Source of the DNA: Macrostomum lignano | Taxonomy: Eukaryota | Assembly: GCA_002269645.1 (NCBI GenBank) | Contig: NIVC01000206.1 | Coordinates: forward strand, 610,803 to 674,802 | DNA: 64,000 nucleotides | Reading direction: 5' to 3' | Part shown: positions 13,530 to 24,917 of the stretch, piece by piece | Numbering within the stretch: the first letter of the stretch is position 1 | Layout: each line of letters opens with the position of its first letter | Program-made: the position numbers and the translations under genes | Notes under the pieces: generated by a model | Told to the model about the DNA's origin: nothing | Databases searched by the model: none | What the model saw: only the letters and a program-made list of their open reading frames with translations

Positions 13530-15105
13530 GAGCGCCAAAGCTACTGATAACGCGGGCGCCAAAGCTACTGATAAATGAGCGCCAAAGCTACTGATAAAGG
13601 GAGCGCCAAAGCTACTGATAAAGGGAGCGCCTAAACTACTGATAAATGAGCGGCAAAGCTACTGATAAAGCGGGCGCCAAAGCTACTGATAAATGAGCGG
13701 CAAAGCTACTGATAAAGCGGGCGCCTAAACTACTGATAAATGAGCGGCAAAGCTACTGATAAAGCGGGCGCCTAAACTACTGATAAATGAGCGGCAAAGC
13801 TACTGATAAAGGGAGCGCCTAAACTACTGATAAATGAGCGGCAAAGCTACTGATAAAGCGGGCGCCTAAACTACTGATAAATGAGCGGCAAAGCTACTGA
13901 TAAAGGGAGCGGCAAAGCTACTGATAAAGGGAGCGCCAAAGCTACTGATAAAGCGGGCGCCTAAACTACTGATAAATGAGCGGCAAAGCTACTGATAAAG
14001 GGAGCGCCTAAACTACTGATAAATGAGCGGCAAAGCTACTGATAAAGCGGGCGCCTAAACTACTGATAAATGAGCGGCAAAGCTACTGATAAAGCGGGCG
14101 CCAAAGCTACTGATAAATGAGCGGCAAAGCTACTGATAAAGGGAGCGCCTAAACTACTGATAAATGAGCGGCAAAGCTACTGATAAAGCGGGCGCCTAAA
14201 CTACTGATAAATGAGCGGCAAAGCTACTGATAAAGCGGGCGCCTAAACTACTGATAAATGAGCGGCAAAGCTACTGATAAAGGGAGCGGCAAAGCTACTG
14301 ATAAAGGGAGCGCCAAAGCTACTGATAAAGGGAGCGCCTAAACTACTGATAAATGAGCGGCAAAGCTACTGATAAAGCGGGCGCCAAAGCTACTGATAAA
14401 TGAGCGGCAAAGCTACTGATAAAGGGAGCGCCTAAACTACTGATAAATTAGCGGCAAAGCTACTGATAAAGCGGGCGCCAAAGCTACTGATAAATGAGCG
14501 GCAAAGCTACTGATAAAGGGAGCGCCTAAACTACTGATAAATGAGCGGCAAAGCTACTGATAAAGCGGGCGCCTAAACTACTGATAAATGAGCGGCAAAG
14601 CTACTGATAAAGCGGGCGCCTAAACTACTGATAAATGAGCGGCAAAGCTACTGATAAAGCGGGCGCCAAAGCTACTGATAAATGAGCGGCAAAGCTACTG
14701 ATAAAGGGAGCGCCAAAGCTACTTATAAAGGGAGCGCCAAAGCTACTGATAAAGGGAGCGCCAAAGCTACTGATAAAGGGAGCGGCAAAGCTACTGATAA
14801 ATGAGCGCCAAAGCTACTGATAAAGGGAGCGCCTAAACTACTGATAAATGAGCGCCAAAGCTACTGATAAAGCGGGCGCCAAAGCTACTGATAAAGGGAG
14901 CGCCAAAGCTACTGATAAAGGGAGCGCCAAAGCTACTGATAAAGGGAGCGGCAAAGCTACTGATAAATGAGCGCCAAAGCTACTGATAAAGGGAGCGCCT
15001 AAACTACTGATAAATGAGCGCCAAAGCTACTGATAAAGCGGGCGCCAAAGCTACTGATAAAGGGAGCGCCAAAGCTACTGATAAAGGGGGCGCCAAAGCT
15101 ACTGA
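13530..15105. repeat. 23/24-bp minisatellite with alternating variants
   Basis: AAAGCTACTGATAAA + (TGAGCGGC / GGGAGCGCC / GCGGGCGCC). Confidence 0.95.
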
Positions 15106-15661
15106 AAGATTGGCGCTGAATCCACTGAGAAAAAAGCGGGCGCCAAATTTCAGGTGCGGGAATAAACTAATCCCGGAGCAATTGTTGGCGTCACCGTTTG
15201 CTGTCATTGCAGGTTAAGAATTCACAGGATTAGCTTTAGCCAACGCCCATCGCAGAGAAAATGTAAAATACTTCTGACTCATCGTCCTGACACTGCTGTG
15301 AGTTTACCTTGTCATCAAGCTCATCAAGGATATTCCATTGTAGAAGTTATGGAGTCCCGCACCCAGAAGACTAAGGGCGTTGTCCAATCGGCAGTCTCCG
15401 GTTGAGTTGACCCTTACTACTTAATAATTAATTAAAACAGGAACTCTCCTTCGGTGGGACAGTTCTAAGTATACGGAGTTTCAGGCTTGGACACAATGCA
15501 ATAAAGTTGGCAGTCTGGCACTCGCTGCAGTTCCAACCACAGCAGGCCTCGGTATATAAGCAAACCAGCTTGGGCGGAAAAGCTGTTGTATGTTTTACTC
15601 AACAATAGTTAAAAGCTTTGTCGGTTCTCTCTGTTATATTATTTCATAATCATTATACCGC

Positions 15662-15919
15662 ATGGCAACAATGGCCCAAGCTAGTATTGAAGAGGTTAGT
15701 TCACAGGAAACTCGACTAATGCACAACGGTTCTTCAACTATTGTTACTGCTGTTGCTGCTGCTGCCGCTGTTGAAGAAGCGCCTGGAACTGATGGACAAG
15801 ATGATGGAGCTGCTGGCGATTCTGTGACTGTTGGGCAGCAGGTGAGCATATTCCCGAAGCTATGTATCTATGTATCTATCTATCCATCTATCCATCTATC
15901 TATCTATTTATCTACCTAC

Positions 15920-15967
<48 letters not shown>

Positions 15968-15968
15968 G

Positions 15969-16033
<65 letters not shown>

Positions 16034-16034
16034 G

Positions 16035-16095
<61 letters not shown>

Positions 16096-16096
16096 G

Positions 16097-16127
<31 letters not shown>

Positions 16128-16176
16128 GTCTGTCTATCGATCTATCTACCTATCTATCTGTCTATCTATCTATCTG

Positions 16177-16212
<36 letters not shown>

Positions 16213-16263
16213 CCTACATCTATCTATCTATTTATCTACCTACATCTATCTATCTATCTATCC

Positions 16264-16295
<32 letters not shown>

Positions 16296-16296
16296 G

Positions 16297-16327
<31 letters not shown>

Positions 16328-16376
16328 GTCTGTCTATCGATCTATCTACCTATCTATCTGTCTATCTATCTATCTG

Positions 16377-16408
<32 letters not shown>

Positions 16409-16483
16409 CCTACATCTATCTATCTATTTATCTACCTACATCTATCTATCTATCTACATCTATCTATCTATCTATCTATCTAG

Positions 16484-16557
<74 letters not shown>

Positions 16558-16872
16558 CGCTTCGCTCGCTCTTTCTCGCTATCTACTATCTATAGCCAGG
16601 ACCTGCATCGGAGCGGTTACGAAAATTAGATTTCTCGGTAGTTGCACGTACTCTTTTGCACTACTTGAGTAATCTGATTTTCGTTCGGCATGGCTGGTTC
16701 CAGCAGGTAGTTCCTCTGGATAAAAGCGCTTACCGCGCCCATTGGCTTTCCAGCTGCCTTAATCGTTTCCGGTGATCTTGTGTGCGTGCTTTCAGCTTGA
16801 TTGGCTGCGGCAAGCAAGCTCGAAAGAGCTCGCTTCGCTCGCTCTTTCTCGCTATCTACTATCTATCTATCC

Positions 16873-16907
<35 letters not shown>

Positions 16908-16924
16908 GATCTATCTATCGATCG

Positions 16925-16983
<59 letters not shown>

Positions 16984-17000
16984 GATCGATCGATCGATCG

Positions 17001-17083
<83 letters not shown>

Positions 17084-17088
17084 GATCG

Positions 17089-17155
<67 letters not shown>

Positions 17156-17182
17156 GATCGATCTATCTACCTATCTATCTAC

Positions 17183-17219
<37 letters not shown>

Positions 17220-17220
17220 G

Positions 17221-17305
<85 letters not shown>

Positions 17306-19263
17306 ACTAACTAACTAACTTTTCCAACTAACCTGAAAAGTCGTGGACTCCTGATATTTGCCCTACTGCTAATTGCTCAAGTAAAGTTCATGATGCACTC
17401 ATATTTGGCACTATTAGACTGACGGTGCTGAGGCAGGCGGCTCCATCGCTCTGGATGCTGCAGTCAGCTGCCAATGCCAGCCACTTGACCAGCTAAGAAC
17501 TCTCCTGCGCGACTATTTGGTGAGAATTTTTTTTACATTTGCGCTAAATATGCTACTGTATGTAGCCTTCTTTAGTAGTATAATGCACAGATGAAATTCA
17601 ATATTCTTTGACATTATCGTATACTTTTTTAGTACCGAAAATATAGTAGTGACGATGCAAATAATGCTATACTGTACATTACCTGTTAGATACACCTGTT
17701 AAACAAGATTATCATCTGTTAGACACGCATGTTAGATAACCACATCGCCTGTTAGAAACACGTGTTAGATAATACCTCGCCTGTTAGACACATGTGTTAG
17801 ATTATTTCTCGCCTGTTAGAGACACTTGTTAGATTATTTCCCGCCTGTTAGACACACATGTTAGATAATACCTCGCCTGTTAGACACATGTGTTAGATTA
17901 TTTCTCGCCTGTTAGACACACGTGTTAGATAATACCTCGCCTGTTAGACACACACGTTAGATAATACCTCGCCTGTTAGACACATGTGTTAGATTATTTC
18001 TCGCCTGTTAGACACACTTGTTAGATTATTTCTCGCCTGTTAGACACACGTGTTAGATAATACCTCACCTGTTAGACACACATGTTAGATAATACCTCGC
18101 CTGTTAGACACATGTGTTAGATTATTTCTCGCCTGTTAGACACACTTGTTAGATTATTTCTCGCCTGTTAGACACACGTGTTAGATAATACCTCGCCTGT
18201 TAGACACACACGTTAGATAATACCTCGCCTGTTAGACACATGTGTTAGATTATTTCTCGCCTGTTAGACACACTTGTTAGATTATTTCTCGCCTGTTAGA
18301 CACACGTGTTAGATAATACCTCACCTGTTAGACACACGTGTTAGATAATACCTCGCCTGTTAGACACACACGTTAGATAATACCTCGCCTGTTAGACACA
18401 TGTGTTAGATTATTTCTCGCCTGTTAGACACACTTGTTAGATTATTTCTCGCCTGTTAGACACACGTGTTAGATAATACCTCACCTGTTAGACACACATG
18501 TTAGATAATACCTCGCCTGTTAGACACTTGTGTTAGATTATTTCTCGCCTGTTAGACACACGTGTTAGATAATACATGTACCTCGCCTGTTAGACACAAA
18601 TGTTAGATAGTCCATCGCTTGTTAGACACACATGTTAGATAACGCCTCGCCTGTTAGACAAGCATTTTATAACCCGAACCCTCTCCCCTCCACAAGTCCG
18701 AAGAGCAGCGTCTCGAACAGGAGCTGCAGCGCCGGCAAGAAGTCCTGGCCGCCGCCGACGCCGCCACCGCCGCCAACGCCGGCCAAGACGACGAAATTGA
18801 ATCGTTGCGCAGCCGGCTGCGGAAGCTCGCCGCGGACTATCAGAGCAGGGAGGAGGCCCTGCTGGCCACCTGCGACCCTGTGCAGGTGTTGGACTTCTAC
18901 GAATTCAAATTGGCCGCTCTGAGCGCCGCCGGCGGCGGCGGCGGCGGAGGCGGTTTCAGTAGCGCGGCAACCTCGCGTCGACAATCCACAGCTTCAAGGA
19001 CTACCACGACTTCCGCAGTTGGAATGGAAACCCGTCATCATCATCAGCAGCAGCAGCCGCCGGCTTTAGATAAGCTGCGACGTCAGATTGACAGCCTGAA
19101 CCAGGCGATGTCGGTGTTCACCGAGGCCAGTCAGCAGTTCAACAGTCTGATGGCGATGGAGGCCCGGCTTTATGACAATGGCGAGAAGCAGACATCGCAG
19201 CATCAGCAGCAGCAGCAGCATCACGGATACGAGGGTAAGGAAATTGAGATGGGTGCTGATTAA
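15662..19263 (+). CDS. Uncharacterised coiled-coil protein (at least 2 exons)
   Basis: Exon 15662-15841 (ATG...CAG|gtgagc, phase 0) and terminal exon 18697-19263 ([17 protein letters not shown]...EIEMGAD*); intermediate exons unresolved. Confidence 0.5.
15860..17310. repeat. Two long (TCTA)n/(TCGA) microsatellite arrays
   Basis: 15860-16560 and 16860-17310. Confidence 0.95.
17690..18660. repeat. ~32-bp minisatellite
   Basis: CGCCTGTTAGACACACGTGTTAGATAATACCT units. Confidence 0.95.
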
Positions 19264-19629
19264 CTGAACCTGAAGATGAAGAATTGATCAAAGGACATCA
19301 GTGAAATACGCAACAGGGTGTCCCTAGTGCCACCCGTTGAAGGTCCAGAAGCTCCGCCTTGGTGAAGGTCGACGTGCTGATGAAATTTGGAGGCTTGGCA
19401 AGGCTGCACTGAGGCGCAGTGCTGATAGGCGCACACGGGTGTACTGAATACACTGACGCTTATGGGAAAAATCCGACCCTCTGGCAAAATCGTTGAATAT
19501 CTCGATGGTCCCGATGACTTGGTGACTTGATTTTTGTTTGAGAAGGTTCGCAACAAAAAGTTTTCTTGTGTTCTTGAATTTCGTGTGCCTGCGTTGCTCC
19601 GTTTATATTACAATAATAATTGACGACAT

Positions 19630-19900
19630 CCGCCCTAATGGCCAGATGTGCAACCGACAGCTCAGCCGCAGCTATTGCGCGGCGCATCTGAAGGCTGCGT
19701 ACGGCTGTTCAGTCCAAGCACTGGGGGGTCGCCACACACAGCCTCAATTACCCATGCTGGCACCCATTTTACAGCTGGGTGAACTGAAGCAATGCAGAGT
19801 TCAGTGTCTTGCTCAAGGACACAGATTGTTTTCAGTGGGATCGGGAATCGAACCCCCGACCTTCAAGTCATGAGTCCGACGCTCTAACCACTAGGCTACA
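19630..19900 (-). mobile_element. tRNA-derived SINE
   Basis: Reverse strand 19900-19833 has a tRNA-like head (tagtggttagagc A-box, ggttcgattcc B-box) with a poorly paired anticodon stem. It is followed by a MIR/CORE-like domain (+ strand CCATTTTACAGCTGGGTGAACTGA...TCTTGCTCAAGGACAC). Confidence 0.6.
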
Positions 19901-20344
19901 ACCCCCAAGAAAAAGAAAGAATTTTTTCAAGAAGAAATATATTTTATTTTATAACCTGAAGTGATTACCGACCAATCGGCTCTCTGAACTACCAGAATCC
20001 ATCATCATCATCATTAATCGACATTTCATGCCGGTATATTTGCATAAAGATCTTTTTTAAAGGGAGCGACAAGTCCAAAAAGGATTCAATATTGTTCTTT
20101 TTGAAAATCAGCGTCCGTGTTATTCGTCAGGTCTGGTGCTTGAGCCATGGACAGCTAAAGCAAAAGGACGTGCTACTCTCACAGAACTCTCACCGAATTA
20201 TCGGAAAATGTGTTTTATCGGGGGTGTACTCATAAGTCTATCTAGTAAGTTCTACTATCTAAGCAAAATTTCTGTGTTTTCTATCTCTATTTTGTGGCGA
20301 AGACCGTCCTTCTGATTTAGCTGTCCTTAGTTTGACCTCTTTAC

Positions 20345-21265
20345 TCAGCACAGCCCCTGCAGCAGAGCAACTTCGGAGTCGCTCAGAGCTCTTTCTGACA
20401 CTCCGAAGCATCTCATGAAGCCTTGGAACACGCGGTTGTGACTGGGATTGCGGCTGACGGCTCCGATCTGCACGCTGCTGCCGAAGTTCGCGCACGAGGT
20501 CAAAGCGGTGGCCGAGCCGCTGGTGGCCTGTCGAGTTCCGTTGACGAGGATCCTGATTTCCGGTGTCTGCTTGTCGTACACCGAGGCAATGTGGGTCCAA
20601 CCGCTGGCCGTGTCGGTGGGTCCGGAAAATATGAGCTTCGCATCCGGGTACAAAACTACGAAGTGTATGGTTGTACTTGTGGGGTGGAGCCAAAACCGAG
20701 TGTGGCATGAAGAAGGCATTGTGAGGCCCTCCAGCAGAGGCATCGCACCTCTCGCTGGGTTGGTGACCTTGACCCACACTGACATGGTGAGGCTGGTGAG
20801 ACACACCGAAGTCAGCTCGTCAATGTTGAACCTCTCTGACACACCCGACTGACCAGTGAAGTTGACGGCGCTGTCCGTGTACTGCATCGGGATGTTCTCC
20901 TGCAGGTCGAGATGGCCGCTGTTCGAGACCGCATTGCGAGTCCGAGTGGCGTTGCTCATGGGCCAGAAGGCGACGAGGCCGAGCTGGTGCAGGGCGCTCC
21001 ACGACTGGCAGTCGGTGTCGTTCGTCAGACTGGCGGTCTGGAGGCTGTCCGACATGTTGCAGACGCCTGCGCGGTGGCTCCAGGCGATGCAGGGACGACG
21101 GAGCTGAGAGCACAGGAAGGCGCACATGCGGGCGCTCGAGGCCGTCAGCGAGTGCTGCGGAGTCTGCGGCACCACGCAGCCGCCGAGCGAGATGCTGCTG
21201 TGCAGCTCGGCGTTCGCACCGAGGCAGAAAAGCAGGCCGAGAAGCAGCGGCAGAAGCAGAAGCAT
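20345..21265 (-). CDS. Secreted PAN/Apple + LamG/pentraxin-like (ConA-fold) lectin, copy 1
   Basis: Intronless 306-aa ORF: hydrophobic signal peptide, CAFLC...CIAW...C Apple-like motif, LVAFWPM, LTMSVWVK, WTHIASVYD, ILVNG, FQGFMRCFGVSERALS. Confidence 0.85.
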   Translation of the reverse strand: MLLLLPLLLGLLFCLGANAELHSSISLGGCVVPQTPQHSLTASSARMCAFLCSQLRRPCIAWSHRAGVCNMSDSLQTASLTNDTDCQSWSALHQLGLVAFWPMSNATRTRNAVSNSGHLDLQENIPMQYTDSAVNFTGQSGVSERFNIDELTSVCLTSLTMSVWVKVTNPARGAMPLLEGLTMPSSCHTRFWLHPTSTTIHFVVLYPDAKLIFSGPTDTASGWTHIASVYDKQTPEIRILVNGTRQATSGSATALTSCANFGSSVQIGAVSRNPSHNRVFQGFMRCFGVSERALSDSEVALLQGLC

Positions 21266-21669
21266 TGTTGCTTTGGAATTTCGACACGATCTACAGAAGT
21301 GAGGATGGAAAGGCAGATTGCATGCTATATTAAGCTAGTCTTGATTTGTCAATAGAATCCTACACCATTACCTGGCTTGTTTGCTCTGTTTTCCCAATAT
21401 TTGACGGCACGAAAAAGCTAATGGAACGCAGATGAAACTCTAGAAAGAAGTTACACAATCTCCGGATGTTTCTATTTTTGTTGCATTCGTATTGACATAC
21501 TAAATATGCCAGAAATTTGACTTATCAATTTTACGCGCTGCTTTGCAACCGAATTGTATTTGTTGAGTGCTTCAGCACTTCTACTGCTAGTAGTGTGATA
21601 CGCTTGTTTGGATAAAAATAATAAAAAGGACTCTCGGAGCCTGACCCTATAGTCTATAGCAATACCACC

Positions 21670-22235
21670 TTCTTGTCTATGGTCAATACTCCCAACTTGT
21701 CTATGGTCAATACTCCCAACTTGTCTATGGTCAATACTCCCAACTTGTCTATGGTCAATACTCCCAACTTGTCTATGGTCAATACTCCCAACTTGTCTAT
21801 GTTCAATACTCCCAACTTGTCTATGGTCAATACTCCCAACTTGTCTATGGTCAATACTCCTTTTTTGTCTATGGTCAATACTCCCAACTTGTCTATGGTC
21901 AATACTCCCAACTTGTCTATGGTCAATACTCCCAACTTGTCTATGGTCAATACTCCCAACTTGTCTATGGTCAATACTCCCAACTTGTCTATGTTCAATA
22001 CTCCCAACTTGTCTATGGTCAATACTCCCAACTTGTCTATGGTCAATACTCCTTTTTTGTCTATGGTCAATACTCCCAACTTGTCTATGGTCAATACTCC
22101 CAACTTGTCTATGGTCAATACTCCCAACTTGTCTATGGTCAATACTCCCAACTTGTCTATGGTCAATACTCCCAACTTGTCTATGGTCAATACTCCCAAC
22201 TTGTCTATGGTCAATACTCCTTTTTTGTCTATGGT
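21670..22235. repeat. 24-bp minisatellite with higher-order periodicity
   Basis: TTGTCTATGGTCAATACTCCCAAC units; variants recur every 192 bp. Confidence 0.95.
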
Positions 22236-23029
22236 CCTGCGAAAAAATACTCGTATTTTCCTTTGATAAAATTCTCCAACGCAGCACCACAGGCCATAAA
22301 ATTTCTATGTTCAAAGACTGCAGCGGATCGTTAGGGAAAAAAGTTTAAAATGCTTTTTAGCCTAAGCTGCATCCCATGCTCAGAGCCTGGCTGATTGACA
22401 CGAATTCCACTATCTATTGTGTATAGCTGCTAGCGTGTTAAAACGAGTGCTGGATGTCTAACCAACCTGTCTCATAAAAAAGATAGATAGTGCATAGCTC
22501 TATTTGCAGACTTTTACAGCAACTTATACGTACCTCCCAGAACCATTCTTTCCCTCCCTTATCTCAACAGCCTGGCAACCTCGCCCCCCCCCAACTGCAT
22601 TAAGCCGTATTCAGGTGTACTAGACTGCGATCGATAATAAATAAGAAATTCTCGGCATCTGTCGATACAAGGCTTTGCGCGCACACACAAAATGCTACCA
22701 ACCTAGCTTTAATCCCGTTTCCAATTGAGTTAGTGCACTAATTCAGGGTTAATAATGGGTAGGCTCTCTTTTTCATTCAGCAGGAAATTAACCACTGCCT
22801 CTCTCATCCCATTTTTCTTTTTTAAATATTTTTCCTTTTCTTATTGAATTGATTTTTAAGCCATCGTCTGTGAAGCTTCTTTGTTAATTGACCGACCGGC
22901 ATTCAGAATTATCCTGGACGGCTGTCAGTGCGCTGGGTTCACGGGCAGGGAAATCATTTCGTCTGTGGCTGCTGCCTGCCTCACTCCCAACTGGCTCCTC
23001 ACCTCTCACCCTCCTTCACCCCACTCCCA

Positions 23030-23385
23030 TCTCCCTTCTCAAATCTTCACTCTCCCTTCTCCCCTCCCCCTCTCACCTCTCTCCTCTCCCTTCCTTCTCC
23101 CCAGTTATTTTCTCTCTTGTCCCCTCACACTTCTCCCATCTCCCCTCTCTCTTCTCCCTTCTCTCCTCTCACTTCTCTTCTCTTCCCTCTCCCTTTTCCT
23201 CTCTCCCTTCTCCCATCTCCCCTCTCTCTTCTCCCTTCTCTCCTCTCACTTCTCTTCTCTTCCCTCTCCCTTCTCCTCTCTCCCTTCTCCCATCTCCCCT
23301 CTCCCTTCTCACCTCCCTCTTCTTCCCTCCCCCTTCTCCCCACTTCTATCTCTCTCATCTCCACCCTCTCTCCCCGTCTCCTCCA
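23030..23385. repeat. CT-rich low-complexity tract
   Basis: Almost pure pyrimidine. Confidence 0.9.
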
Positions 23386-23557
23386 ATCCATAATCAGCCA
23401 TAAACCAATCCAATTACACTCGCTTCAGCAAGTCCTTGATGTTTCGCATTGTGATGTTTCGTGATGTTTCGCATTGACTTGTTTTTGCCAACACTGCGCT
23501 CAGTGGTTCTCAAGTATTTTAATACTCTAAAAGCAAAAAACTTGTAACGCCTTTCAG

Positions 23558-24446
23558 GAGCGGCCAGTGAGAGTTCGGCTGCTGGCTTTTCGAACCGGCA
23601 CTCGCCAGTGATGTACAGTTCGGCTAGTAGGGCTGCTTCGGTTGCTGGGGGAAGCTCGGTGCACCATTCGCCAGGTGAGCATCTGTTACTCTTTGAAAAC
23701 TTTACCCACTAAGCTTCACCTATCAAGCAGAACCTTCACCAAAACCAGAACCTCCACCAAAATCAGAACCTACACCAAAATCAGAACCTTCACCAAAACC
23801 GGAACCTTCACCAAAACCGGAACCTTCACCAAAACTAGAACCTACACCAAAATCAGAACCTACACCAAAATCAGAACCTTCACCAAAATCAGAACCTTCA
23901 CCAAAACCGGAACCTTCACCAAAACCGGAACCTTCACCAAAACCGGAACCTTCACCAAAACCGGAACCTTCACCAAAATCAGAACCTTCACCAAAACCGG
24001 AACCTTCACCAAAATCAGAACCTTCACCAAAACCGGAACCTTCACCAAAACTAGAACCTACACCAAAATCAGAACCTACACCAAAATCAGAACCTTCACC
24101 AAAATCAGAACCTTCACCAAAACCGGAACCTTCACCAAAACTAGAACCTACACCAAAATCAGAACCTACACCAAAACTGGAACCTTCACCAAAACGGAAA
24201 CCTTCACCAAAATCAGAACCAAAACCGGAACCTTCACCAAAACCGGAACCTTCACCAAAATCAGAACCTTCACCAAAAACACAACCTTCACCAAAACCGG
24301 AACCTTCACCAAAACCGGAACCTTCACCAAAACCGGAACCTTCACCAAAACTGGAACCTTCACCAAAATCAGAACCTTCACCAAAACCGGAACCTTCACC
24401 AAAATCAGAACCTTCACCAAAACCGGAACCTTCACCAAAACCAGAA
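23558..24446 (+). CDS. Two exons, the second encoding a ~39x (PSPKPE/PSPKSE/PTPKSE) hexapeptide repeat
   Basis: Exon 23558-23674 (phase 1/1), 56-nt intron gtgagc...ctaag...caagcag, then a phase-1 exon from 23731 whose 18-bp repeat is stop-free in the PSPKPE frame (not the frame shown in the ORF track). Confidence 0.55.
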
Positions 24447-24917
24447 GATCTGCACTCAGACCTTTTAAGTGAAGCATTGCCTTTATCTGTCTATCTGTGC
24501 GCCAGAGTAACCAACCGTATTGGCTAAAAAAGAGAGATAGGGGAAGAGAGCAAGAGCAGCGCCAAGTCCGAGCGAGGAACACAACTTGTGCTCATCTAGT
24601 CCAGAGTGCAGTGGTGAGTCCTGCCTCCCTGATGAAGATGGCACTCTCTAGCGGTGCGTGTCCTGTCCAATCCTGTGGAGGGTAGAGCTGTCGGAGGGTA
24701 GGGATAGGGAGCTGGGGCTGACAGGTAGGAAGAGGGGATGCCGTGAGGACTGAAGGGAAGAGAGAAGTGTCCATCCTGTTCCTCCCTGAGTTCACAGCTC
24801 GCACGATTCTCTCAACCTAAAATTCATCAGCCGATCCAAGTCGAAATTCGAAAACAAAAAGCAGGTCAATGCCGACTAAATTACTGCTACTAGAAGAAGA
24901 TTCTCTAGAGAACAAAC

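Noticed and set aside
8163-17314. Long ORFs of SIYL/SVCL type in the ORF track
   Set aside because: Stop-free translations of (TCTA)n/(TCTG)n microsatellites
19833-19900. tRNA-Met(CAT) gene
   Set aside because: Anticodon and acceptor stems are poorly paired, and it is fused to a CORE-like body: SINE head
21472-22314. IDHRQVGS / MVNTPNLS repeat ORFs
   Set aside because: Open on both strands because the 24-bp unit lacks stops; no splice support
23642-24472. ORF-track (TFTKTG)n protein
   Set aside because: Runs through an intron; splice phase favours the PSPKPE frame
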